Assembly: GCA_963669175.1 (NCBI GenBank)
Contig: OY769902.1
Span: forward strand, 3,232,001 to 3,296,000
Length of the DNA: 64,000 bases
Direction: 5' to 3'
From: a bacterium
GTDB lineage: Bacteria; Electryoneota; Electryoneia; Electryoneales; Electryoneaceae
Positions 9,757 through 18,510 of this stretch are shown piece after piece. Made by a program: the position numbers and the translations under genes. The notes below the pieces were generated by a model. It was not told the DNA's origin. It saw nothing but the letters and a program-made list of their open reading frames with translations, and did not search any database. The first letter of the stretch is position 1; each line of letters begins with the position of its first letter.

Positions 9757-9848
9757 GGGAGTGGACGTGTGCCTGGTGGACGCCGCGGCCTTCAAAGCCG
9801 TTGTGGGGCTTAGCCGTCCCGGCTGGGTTCGATTCCCAGACACTCCCG
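9757..9848 (+). tRNA. selC: tRNA-Sec (anticodon UCA)
   Basis: Acceptor GGGAGTG/CACTCCC, D loop TGGT, anticodon arm GCGGC-CTTCAAA-GCCGT, long variable arm, T arm CTGGG-TTCGATT-CCCAG, discriminator G. Confidence 0.92.
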
Positions 9849-9882
9849 CAAGTATTCTCCTTTCAAACCACCCCAGAGAACC

Positions 9883-10665
9883 ATGATTTCCAGGAAAACC
9901 ACATTTCTGAATGATTCCGGCGAAGAACTTGCCGCTCGCCTGGAACTGCCAGATGATGAAACGAGCAGCCGTGGCTTTGTCATTTTTGCCCATTGTTTTA
10001 CCTGTACCAAGGACTACAAATCCGTCTATCATATCAGTCGCGAGCTTTGTTCGCAGGGATACGCGGTTCTGCGTTTTGACTTCACCGGATTGGGAGAGAG
10101 TGGTGGAAATTTCGCGGACACGACCTTTCAAACCAACATTGCCGATCTACGGGCTGCCTGTCGATTTCTGGAAGAAAACTTCCAACCGCCGAAACTCCTG
10201 ATCGGTCATTCGCTTGGCGGCGCGGCCGTACTACACACTGCCGGTGCGATGGATAGTGTTAAGGCAGTTGTGACCATCGGCGCTCCCTCAGACTTGAACA
10301 GCCTTTCCAGCAAACTCCTTTCCAATGAACTGCTTGAAAAACAGTTGGAGGAGAAGGGGACAGTTGATATCAAGGTGCTGGGACGCGATTTTACCTTGAG
10401 AAGAAGTTTCTTCGATGCGCTGCAAAAGACAGAAATGCAGTCCATCGTTGAAGGTCTGAACAAGCCATTAATGATATTGCATGCCGTAGGGGACAGTATT
10501 GTATCCATCCGGCATGGTCAGGCCATTTTTTCCTGGGCGCATCAACCCAAATCGTTTATCTCCCTGCCCAATGCCGATCATCTTTTATCCGATGGCGATG
10601 AAGCGAAGCGAGCGGCTTCATTCATATCACATTGGGTAGATCAGTTTGTTGACAAACCTGAGTAA
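9883..10665 (+). CDS. Alpha/beta hydrolase, homologous to the N-terminal domain of hydrolase-OsmC fusions but without the OsmC domain
   Basis: FAHCFTCTKD, LRFDFTGLGES, GHSLGG nucleophile elbow, ADHLL. Confidence 0.88.
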   Translation: MISRKTTFLNDSGEELAARLELPDDETSSRGFVIFAHCFTCTKDYKSVYHISRELCSQGYAVLRFDFTGLGESGGNFADTTFQTNIADLRAACRFLEENFQPPKLLIGHSLGGAAVLHTAGAMDSVKAVVTIGAPSDLNSLSSKLLSNELLEKQLEEKGTVDIKVLGRDFTLRRSFFDALQKTEMQSIVEGLNKPLMILHAVGDSIVSIRHGQAIFSWAHQPKSFISLPNADHLLSDGDEAKRAASFISHWVDQFVDKPE

Positions 10666-10710
10666 ATCTCCTACACTAGTCGAGATACCATGAGAGTGCT
10701 CCGGGATTAC

Positions 10711-10743
10711 TTAATCATATCCTCACTTCACGCTAACAATTGA
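10711..10743 (+). promoter_or_regulatory. Putative Pho-box-like 11-bp-periodic direct repeats upstream of phoB
   Basis: TTAATCATATC / CTCACTTCACG / CTAACAATTGA starting at 10711, 10722 and 10733. Confidence 0.5.
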
Positions 10744-10786
10744 ATCTGTACCCTCAACCGGGCAAAAACGATGTGGAGACCATACC

Positions 10787-11473
10787 ATGAGTGACATTTC
10801 CATACTGGTTGTTGAAGACGAAGAAGACATCCAAGAGCTTATTCGTTATAATCTTAGCCGTGAGGGTTTCAACATTACCTGTGTTGAAACAGGGGAGAAG
10901 GGTGTCGAGGAAGCGAAGAGAAAAGCCTACGACCTCATATTGTTAGACCTCATGCTTCCGGGGTTGGATGGTTTAGAAGTGTGCCGCAGGCTGAAAAGGG
11001 AAGAGGGTACACGCTTTGTGCCGATTGTGATGGTTACGGCCAAGGATGAAGAGGCCGATATAGTAACCGGACTCGAACTTGGTGCAGATGACTATGTAAC
11101 CAAACCTTTCAGCCCGCGTGTGTTGGTCGCGCGTGCGAAAGCAGTACTTCGCAGACGTGAAAAAGCGCCGACTGGCGAGGATGAGGTTCTGACCTTTGGT
11201 GACCTGGTGATTCACCCCGGACGCCATATTGTGTTGGTAAATGACGAACCTGTTGATCTGACCAATACCGAGTTTCGTATTCTGCATCACCTGGCGCGCA
11301 GGCCGGGCTGGGTATTTACTCGGTATCAAATTGTTGATGCTGTACACGGTGAGAACTACCCGGTATCCGACCGGTCAGTGGATGTACAGGTTGTTGGTCT
11401 TCGCCGCAAGATGGGATCATGCGGTGATTTGATTGAGACGGTCCGTGGTGTCGGCTATCGGTTCAAGGAGTGA
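10787..11473 (+). CDS. phoB: PhoB-like OmpR-family response regulator
   Basis: Receiver domain (VVEDEED, LLDLMLP, KPFS) and winged helix (DRSVDVQVVGLRRK, ETVRGVGY); paired with a PhoR-like kinase. Confidence 0.85.
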   Translation: MSDISILVVEDEEDIQELIRYNLSREGFNITCVETGEKGVEEAKRKAYDLILLDLMLPGLDGLEVCRRLKREEGTRFVPIVMVTAKDEEADIVTGLELGADDYVTKPFSPRVLVARAKAVLRRREKAPTGEDEVLTFGDLVIHPGRHIVLVNDEPVDLTNTEFRILHHLARRPGWVFTRYQIVDAVHGENYPVSDRSVDVQVVGLRRKMGSCGDLIETVRGVGYRFKE

Positions 11474-13287
11474 CGGTGGCAAGAAAAAAGCGCCTCTTTG
11501 AACGGTTTTTCTATCCATACCTGTTACTGATACTTGTATCGCTTGTCGCTGTCTTCTGGTTCGGATCAGAAGCGTTTCACACCTTCTACCTGGATCAATT
11601 GACCGAGGAGCTGATCGCACGTGCGCGTCTTGTTCGTGCTCATATGCCTTCTGCGCTAACACCTGATTTATCGGGATCTGTTGACAGCTTATGTAAAACA
11701 CTGGGGCAGGAAAGTGATATGCGAATCACCGTCATCCTGGCTGATGGCAGGGTGATTGGTGATTCGGATGAAGACCCGCTGGATATGGACAATCACCTGA
11801 GTCGTCCGGAAATCCAGGTTGCCATGAATGAAAAAAGCCCCGGCCATTCGATCCGCTATAGTCATACGCTTGACCAGACGATGACCTATGTGGCCATTCC
11901 CCTTGATCCAGACTCTGATTCAACACCTGTAATTCGTACGGCTTTGCCTATCACAGATGTGAATCGTGCGCTGCGAGCCATGAATTTTCGCATCATGATG
12001 GGCGGTTTAGCTGTTGCCTTGTTTGCGGCAGTCATCAGCTTGTTGATTGCTCGAAGAATCATTCGTCCCCTTGAAGATATGAAAAGAGGCGCGGAACGGT
12101 TTGCCCGTGGCGAATTGGATACCCGTCTGCCGGTTTCACATACGGAGGAGATGGGGACTCTGGCGGAAGCCATGAATCATATGGCGGCGCAACTGGAAAA
12201 ACGAATTCGGACAATTGTTCGCCAGCGTGAAGAACAAATGGCTGTGCTTTCAGGGATGGTCGAGGGTGTGTTTGCAGTGGACATGCTTGAGAAATTCCTG
12301 ATTATGAACCATTCCGCAGCCGAGTTGCTTGGAACTGACCCTGAAACATGTAAAGGTGAGAACCTGGGTGAGATTGTAAAACTTGCTGAATTGCGTCACT
12401 TTGTACGCGACGTTCTCACAGGCGATGATTCCCCGGTTGGCAATGAAATTACTATTTACGGTGAGAAAGAGCGAATTCTTCAGGTACATGGAGCGCCCCT
12501 AAAGAATGTTCACGGGCAACGCCGTGGCGCTGTCATCGTACTGAATGATATAACACAGATGATACGGCTTGAGAACACACGGCGTGATTTTGTCGCGAAT
12601 GCATCCCATGAACTGAAAACGCCAGTCACTGCGATTAAAGGATCGGTAGAAACCTTACGTGACGGCGCATTGCATGATCCTGAGGGGGCGAACCGTTTCC
12701 TTGAGATCATTTCAAAACAATCCGACTACCTGACTGCGATTATTCAGGATCTGCTGCACCTGGCAAAACTGGAACGTGAGACAGAGACAAAGATTCATGC
12801 TGAACCAATTGTTCTCCAGCATCTGATTGACGATTGTATTCTGAATACGGAACACCTGGCGCACGACAGAGGGCAGGAGTTGATTGTCGAGTCGCCGGAT
12901 GGATTGCAAGTACAGGGCAATTTTGTTCTTTTACAGCAGGCTGTAGTAAACCTTATTGAAAATGCGATCAAGTACAGTCCGGAGAATAAACGAATCTGGA
13001 TTCAGGCTGAGAATTGTGACGAAGCGACAAAAATTTACATTCGAGATGAAGGGCCGGGAATCCCGGAACAGCATCTGCCGCGTTTGTTTGAAAGGTTTTA
13101 CCGTGTCGATAAATCGAGGAGTCGAAAGCTGGGTGGAACCGGTTTGGGATTGGCGATTGTGAAGCATATTGTTCTTGCGCACAATGGCAAAGTGAGTGTA
13201 GATAGTGTGCAGGGAGAAGGCACCACATTTACCATCTCCATCCCGGATAACATGGACGAAGACGATACGGTAACCCCAAACGTGTGA
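11470..13287 (+). CDS. phoR: PhoR-like sensor histidine kinase (TM-sCache-TM-HAMP-PAS-HisKA-HATPase)
   Basis: MDNHLSRPEI sensor motif, RRDFVANASHELKTP H-box, NAIKYS, RLFERFYRVDKSRSRKLGGTGLGLAIVKH. Confidence 0.88.
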   Translation: MTVARKKRLFERFFYPYLLLILVSLVAVFWFGSEAFHTFYLDQLTEELIARARLVRAHMPSALTPDLSGSVDSLCKTLGQESDMRITVILADGRVIGDSDEDPLDMDNHLSRPEIQVAMNEKSPGHSIRYSHTLDQTMTYVAIPLDPDSDSTPVIRTALPITDVNRALRAMNFRIMMGGLAVALFAAVISLLIARRIIRPLEDMKRGAERFARGELDTRLPVSHTEEMGTLAEAMNHMAAQLEKRIRTIVRQREEQMAVLSGMVEGVFAVDMLEKFLIMNHSAAELLGTDPETCKGENLGEIVKLAELRHFVRDVLTGDDSPVGNEITIYGEKERILQVHGAPLKNVHGQRRGAVIVLNDITQMIRLENTRRDFVANASHELKTPVTAIKGSVETLRDGALHDPEGANRFLEIISKQSDYLTAIIQDLLHLAKLERETETKIHAEPIVLQHLIDDCILNTEHLAHDRGQELIVESPDGLQVQGNFVLLQQAVVNLIENAIKYSPENKRIWIQAENCDEATKIYIRDEGPGIPEQHLPRLFERFYRVDKSRSRKLGGTGLGLAIVKHIVLAHNGKVSVDSVQGEGTTFTISIPDNMDEDDTVTPNV

Positions 13288-13296
13288 GGCAGTAAG

Positions 13297-13716
13297 ATGA
13301 AGAGCTATCGCAAAGAATTGTTTTTTGATGTCCCGACCCGTCGGGCGTTTATCCATATCACCCCTGAAATCCAGAAGTGTGTCAACGAATCCGGTATCAA
13401 GGAAGGGCTTTGCCTGGTCAACCCGATGCACATCACGGCTTCCGTGTTTATCAACGATAACGAGTCTGGACTGCACCAGGATTATGAGAAGTGGCTGGAA
13501 GGGCTTGCCCCGCATGCGCCGGTAGGGCAGTATCGCCACAATGATACCGGCGAAGATAACGCGGACGCACACTTGAAGCGCCAGGTGATGGGACGTGAAA
13601 GTGTTGTCGCGATCACCAACGGCAGCCTTGACCTTGGCACATGGGAAAGACTTTTCTACGGTGAATTTGATGGTCGCCGCAGGAAGCGTGTCCTGGTGAA
13701 AATTATCGGTGAGTAA
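13297..13716 (+). CDS. yjbQ: YjbQ/UPF0047 family protein (secondary thiamine-phosphate synthase)
   Basis: [42 protein letters not shown]. Confidence 0.92.
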   Translation: MKSYRKELFFDVPTRRAFIHITPEIQKCVNESGIKEGLCLVNPMHITASVFINDNESGLHQDYEKWLEGLAPHAPVGQYRHNDTGEDNADAHLKRQVMGRESVVAITNGSLDLGTWERLFYGEFDGRRRKRVLVKIIGE

Positions 13717-13787
13717 TGAGCAAGAAAATTGTTAGAACTGCCACAATGCCAATCTCACAATTAGGAATATTAGCTGCATAATCACCC

Positions 13788-13889
13788 CTAACATACTCCT
13801 AACAATACTGCAAGCGTAGCAAACACATGGTATTAGTGTTGCTACGCTTGCTTGCTCTCACGAGAGTCTAACATACCTTTTACGATTCC
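13788..13889 (+). promoter_or_regulatory. Two pairs of Pho-box-like 11-bp direct repeats flanking a hairpin, upstream of the TonB-dependent receptor
   Basis: CTAACATACTC/CTAACAATACT at 13788/13799; hairpin GCAAGCGTAGC...GCTACGCTTGC at 13810-13851; CTAACATACCT/TTTACGATTCC at 13868/13879. Confidence 0.55.
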
Positions 13890-13962
13890 TGAATTCATCT
13901 CCGATTTCTTTCAGGTCATTAAAGGGCCGGAATGGGACCGGCCTGAAAGTAGTTCTTAGGGG

Positions 13963-16758
13963 ATGTCAAAGATGCACAACTTCAAAACCGCTTTCCTGGT
14001 GCTTCTCTTCTTTGCACTGGCGATGCCCTCTCTGGCAGCCAACATCGTTGGCACGGTCACAGATGCCGAGACGGGCGAACCACTTGTTGGGGCTAATGTA
14101 ATTCTCCAGGGAACAACCAGGGGCGCTTCTACTGATCTGGATGGCAAGTATGCCATTTTCGGCGTCAAGGAAGGCCAATACACAATCATGGTTACCAACC
14201 TTGGATACCTTGAGCAGTCCACACTGGTATCAGTCTATTCGCTTGGTGAAGTGACCATGGATTTTCAGCTTGCATCCAGTACAGTCAAGTTGGAAGAAGT
14301 GGTTGTTACCGGAAAACGTGCCGAGACCGGTTCTGCGGAACGTGAACTGCAGGAACGGATGGAAGCGTCCAACATTACGGATGCGGTTGCCGGTGAAGAG
14401 ATGAGCCGGATGCCTGATCCTGATGTAGCGGATGTAGTTCGTCGTGCGACCGGTGTTTCCACCCAGGGCGGTAATCCGATTATCCGTGGCCTCGACAAGC
14501 GTTATTCCAAGGTGTCCTTGAACAGCGCCCAGATTTCCGGCACGGAACCCAACAGTAGCGCTGTATCGCTGGACCTGTTTCCCTCATCCATGATGAGCCG
14601 TGTTACGATCAGCAAGTCCTATACGGCTGACCAGATGGGGGAGTACGCCGGTGGCGTGATCAACATGAACACCTGGGAAGCGCTTGGTAAGACGGAATTA
14701 TCCGTTGGCGCCAACATGAGTGTGAACAGTCAGTCCACATTCATGAAAGATTTCCAATCTTATAATGGTGGCGGGCTTGACTGGCTCGGTTTTGATGATG
14801 GTACACGCGCCATCCCGGATGCTGTGTCGGCTGCATCCTCACCGATTATTGAAGGTGGCCGGTTTGGCGGCTACACAGAATCTGATCTGGTTCCTTTAGG
14901 CAAGTCTTTTACGAATAACTGGGAACGCACGGATACTTATTCAATGCCGAACCAGAGCTATTCACTTTCCCTGAGCGGCGATACCAAACTCGCAGGAAAG
15001 CAACTTAGTTACCTGGTGTCCGGTCAGTACAAGAACAGCTTCGCTTTCAAGGAAACGGAAACCAATACATACCGGCTGCAGATGACCCCGCGTAATTACT
15101 ACACGGAAAAATCCTACAGCCACGATGTCGCACTGGGAAGTATCGGGTCATTGAACTACCGTCTCGCGCCAAGCGCACGGATCGGCTTGAACTACATGAT
15201 CAACCGTGAATTCGATGATGAAACCCGGACACTGAACGGATACGACAGCGATCATAACGTATACCAGCAGAATACACGCTTCCGTACCATCATCCGCACC
15301 ACAGTGACATCGCAGTTGATGGGTAGTTTTGCTTTTCCCAGCCTGATGTCATCGAACCTGGAAGTCTCCTATACCCATTCACGTGGTTTCCGTGATGAAC
15401 CGGATACGCGCGAAGTATTCTACGCTGCGGAAACGGAAAACGGAACCTACCTGCTGGACCAGGATGACAATGCCAGCGGTTCACGTGCATTCAACGAACT
15501 GAATGACTATACCAACAATCTTGGCCTTGACTGGAGCCTGCGTCCGTTCGGGATGGACCGTGACCTGGTAGTCAAGGTTGGTGGCGCCCTGGTTCGCCGT
15601 GATCGTGACTCGGAAAGCCGTTATTTCTTCCTGAAGAACAAGGGATGGAGCATTACAGATCCCTACTTGGCCAACGGGCCGGAAGAATTGTTCAAGGATG
15701 AGAATATTTTCGAAGATGGTTTCCAGTTGGAAGAGCGTCGTGGTAATAACGACAGCTACGAAGCAAGCCGGAGTATTGATGCCGGTTATGCCATGCTGGA
15801 AACGCAGATCAGCCGGTTTGTCCGGTTAAACACCGGTTTGCGAATCGAGCGCTTCGACCAGGAAGTATCCTCCTTCTTTGTCGGAGATGAGGACAACAGG
15901 TTTACGGGCAATATCAACACGACAGACCTGTTGCCCGCGATGAACCTGACCTTCAGCCCGACGGCAGACATGAATTTCCGGTTTGCTGCCAGCAGAACCG
16001 TTTCACGTCCCGATTTCAGGGAGATGTCCGAGTATTTCTTCTTTGATAAGGCACGTGGAACAACAGTAGGCAATGAAGAGCTGAATCGTGGCCTGATCTG
16101 GAATTTCGATACACGCTTTGAGCGCATGTATGGCGGTTCCAATCTCCAGGCGATCAGCTTCTTCTATAAGTATTTCGATCACCCGATTGAAGAGATCACC
16201 ATTCCGGGCTCTGAGCTGGCGCTTTCTTACGGCAATGTTGAATCTGCTTACAGCTATGGCGCTGAAGTAGAGCTTCGTCAGCAACTCGGTGACGTACATG
16301 ATGTGTTTTCCCCCTTCTTCATGTCTACCAACTTTTCTTTGATCTGGTCTGATGTGCAGGGCGATTCCATCGTCTGGCGCAATGGTGAATCGGTTCAGAA
16401 TATCGGTGCAATCCTTGACCGTCCTTTGCAGGGACAGTCGCCTTACCTGTTTAACCTTACCCTTGGCTACGAAAACGCAGTGTCGCATACGCTTGCATCG
16501 TTGTACTTCAACGTCTTCGGCAAGCGGATCAGCCGAGTTGGCTACAAGATTGGTGCAAAGACCATGGCCAATGTGTATGAGATGCCACACCCTGACTTCG
16601 ATTTCACTTTACAGCAGCCATTGGGACCAAACCTGAAGCTTAAAGCCGCAGTCGAAAACATCCTCGATCCCGAGATTCGTTTTGAGCAGGATGGTTATCC
16701 GACAGAGGTGTACAAGCTGGGAAGAACATTCGCAGTCGGAATCAGCTACCGCATGTAA
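13963..16758 (+). CDS. TonB-dependent outer-membrane receptor with an N-terminal carboxypeptidase-regulatory-like domain
   Basis: Signal peptide; GTVTDAETGEPLVGANV; plug IIRGLDKRY...LDLFPS; SRTVSRPDFRE; RPLQGQSPY; ENILD; terminal beta strand FAVGISYRM. Confidence 0.93.
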   Translation: MSKMHNFKTAFLVLLFFALAMPSLAANIVGTVTDAETGEPLVGANVILQGTTRGASTDLDGKYAIFGVKEGQYTIMVTNLGYLEQSTLVSVYSLGEVTMDFQLASSTVKLEEVVVTGKRAETGSAERELQERMEASNITDAVAGEEMSRMPDPDVADVVRRATGVSTQGGNPIIRGLDKRYSKVSLNSAQISGTEPNSSAVSLDLFPSSMMSRVTISKSYTADQMGEYAGGVINMNTWEALGKTELSVGANMSVNSQSTFMKDFQSYNGGGLDWLGFDDGTRAIPDAVSAASSPIIEGGRFGGYTESDLVPLGKSFTNNWERTDTYSMPNQSYSLSLSGDTKLAGKQLSYLVSGQYKNSFAFKETETNTYRLQMTPRNYYTEKSYSHDVALGSIGSLNYRLAPSARIGLNYMINREFDDETRTLNGYDSDHNVYQQNTRFRTIIRTTVTSQLMGSFAFPSLMSSNLEVSYTHSRGFRDEPDTREVFYAAETENGTYLLDQDDNASGSRAFNELNDYTNNLGLDWSLRPFGMDRDLVVKVGGALVRRDRDSESRYFFLKNKGWSITDPYLANGPEELFKDENIFEDGFQLEERRGNNDSYEASRSIDAGYAMLETQISRFVRLNTGLRIERFDQEVSSFFVGDEDNRFTGNINTTDLLPAMNLTFSPTADMNFRFAASRTVSRPDFREMSEYFFFDKARGTTVGNEELNRGLIWNFDTRFERMYGGSNLQAISFFYKYFDHPIEEITIPGSELALSYGNVESAYSYGAEVELRQQLGDVHDVFSPFFMSTNFSLIWSDVQGDSIVWRNGESVQNIGAILDRPLQGQSPYLFNLTLGYENAVSHTLASLYFNVFGKRISRVGYKIGAKTMANVYEMPHPDFDFTLQQPLGPNLKLKAAVENILDPEIRFEQDGYPTEVYKLGRTFAVGISYRM

Positions 16759-16860
16759 ATGCAACAGGGCTGAATCCGTTTCGATGATAGAGACAAGAGA
16801 CAGAAAAAAGATCAGGGAAAATCCCTGCACATTGATTTGAGGATTCAGGAGGAAGAGAAG

Positions 16861-18195
16861 ATGTTGAAGAAGTGGATGGTAATTTTGCTGGCCCTTGGCC
16901 TCGTACTCGGGATCGGGCTTGTCGGGTGCAGCGACGATGACGATGACGACGATGATGATGATGTAATCAACCCATCGGATGATACTGTCATCTACACCGG
17001 AACATACGTTGAAGATGTCACCATCGAAGCTGACAAGACAAACATTTTGCGTGGCAACGTCTTCTTTGGAACAGACAATGCTCACATCACTGTTACGATT
17101 GAACCAGGCGCTGTGATTTATGGTGAAAGCAGCTCACTGGGTACGTTCATTGTTGCACGTGGAAGCATGATTGATGCACAGGGAACCGCTGCTGCACCGA
17201 TCGTTTTGACATCGGATAAAGCTGATGGCGACCGTGGTCGTGGCGACTGGGGTGGCTTGATCATCAATGGCAGTGCGACTCTGAATACTGGCGAAGAAGC
17301 CTGGGGCGAAGGGTCCACTGGCTGGTATGGCGGCACCGATGATGCCGACAACAGCGGTATTCTGCAGTATGTCCGCGTTGAATGGGCCGGTCAGGAAATC
17401 AGCCCGGAAAACGAACTGAATGGTATCGCCTTCCAGGGCGTTGGCAGCGGCACAATCGTTGACCATGTACAGGTACACATGAATTCAGATGACGGCATCG
17501 AGTTCTTCGGTGGCACTGTCAACGTGAAGTATGCCTATACCACCGGTATCGGCGATGATAACTTTGACTGGACCGACGGTTGGCGCGGCAAGGGCCAGTT
17601 CTGGGTAGCCCAGCAGTATGATGACGCCGGCGACCAGGGCTTCGAATGTGACAACAGCTCCGAAGACAACTTGGCGACACCGCGTGCCCTGCCGACTATT
17701 TACAACGTGACCCTGGTTGGCCAGCAGAGCGCCGACATCGGTATGCTGCTTCGTGAAGGCACCGGCGCGAACATCTACAATGCCATCGTGATGAACTTCG
17801 GTGATGAAGGTGTCCGTCTCGATCATAACGCGACCTATACCGAGAGCTGGGATGACGGCACAAGCGCTTTGAACGGCACCCTGATCGTTGACAATAGCAT
17901 TTTCTATAACAACGCTGGTGGATTGGCCGCCGATGGTGGCGACGCTGACCCGAACGTGATTCCGTTCACCGCAGCAGACTTCATGACCACACTGAATGTC
18001 AACAACCGTGAAGTTGATCCGTTGTTGAACGATCCGTACAACTTCAGCACCCCGAACTACCTGCCGACCGGCAGCAGCCCGGCTCTTTCCGGTGCCGCGA
18101 CCCCGTCCGACAGTTGGTTCGACAATGCTGATTACGTTGGCGCCTTTGGAAGTGACAACTGGCTGAGCGGCTGGATTCAGACCTCTCAGAACTGA
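16861..18195 (+). CDS. Acidic lipoprotein, probably beta-helix, partner of the TonB-dependent receptor
   Basis: Lipobox LVGC followed by 10 Asp; family motifs GDWGGLIING, SGILQYVRVEWAG, DDGIEFFGG, DDNFDWTDGWRG. Confidence 0.8.
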   Translation: MLKKWMVILLALGLVLGIGLVGCSDDDDDDDDDDVINPSDDTVIYTGTYVEDVTIEADKTNILRGNVFFGTDNAHITVTIEPGAVIYGESSSLGTFIVARGSMIDAQGTAAAPIVLTSDKADGDRGRGDWGGLIINGSATLNTGEEAWGEGSTGWYGGTDDADNSGILQYVRVEWAGQEISPENELNGIAFQGVGSGTIVDHVQVHMNSDDGIEFFGGTVNVKYAYTTGIGDDNFDWTDGWRGKGQFWVAQQYDDAGDQGFECDNSSEDNLATPRALPTIYNVTLVGQQSADIGMLLREGTGANIYNAIVMNFGDEGVRLDHNATYTESWDDGTSALNGTLIVDNSIFYNNAGGLAADGGDADPNVIPFTAADFMTTLNVNNREVDPLLNDPYNFSTPNYLPTGSSPALSGAATPSDSWFDNADYVGAFGSDNWLSGWIQTSQN

Positions 18196-18235
18196 TACGG
18201 GTTCCCATTAGGCCTTTTGGCCTGACATCCCCCAA

Positions 18236-18269
18236 AAGCAGAGGCGGAACTTGTGTTCCGCCTCTGCTT
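18236..18269 (+). terminator. Hairpin, putative intrinsic terminator
   Basis: AAGCAGAGGCGGAAC-TTGT-GTTCCGCCTCTGCTT downstream of the lipoprotein gene. Confidence 0.7.
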
Positions 18270-18510
18270 ATCTTCATCGAAAAGTCCAGGAAGGAAGAGA
18301 AGTCTGAATCGAGAGAGAAGTGTGTACCTCTCCATGTAAACCAGGCACAAAAAGGAGCTGAAAGCGTCAAAGATATGACAGATATCACTTTTCTACTCCT
18401 GTTCGCCTTTCTATATTCCGATGCAAGTTGATACTGCAACTGAACTCAAGTTGTAGTCATGCCAAGTGATTGTGGTTACGTCGGCAATATCCATTGATTG
18501 TGGAAGATAG

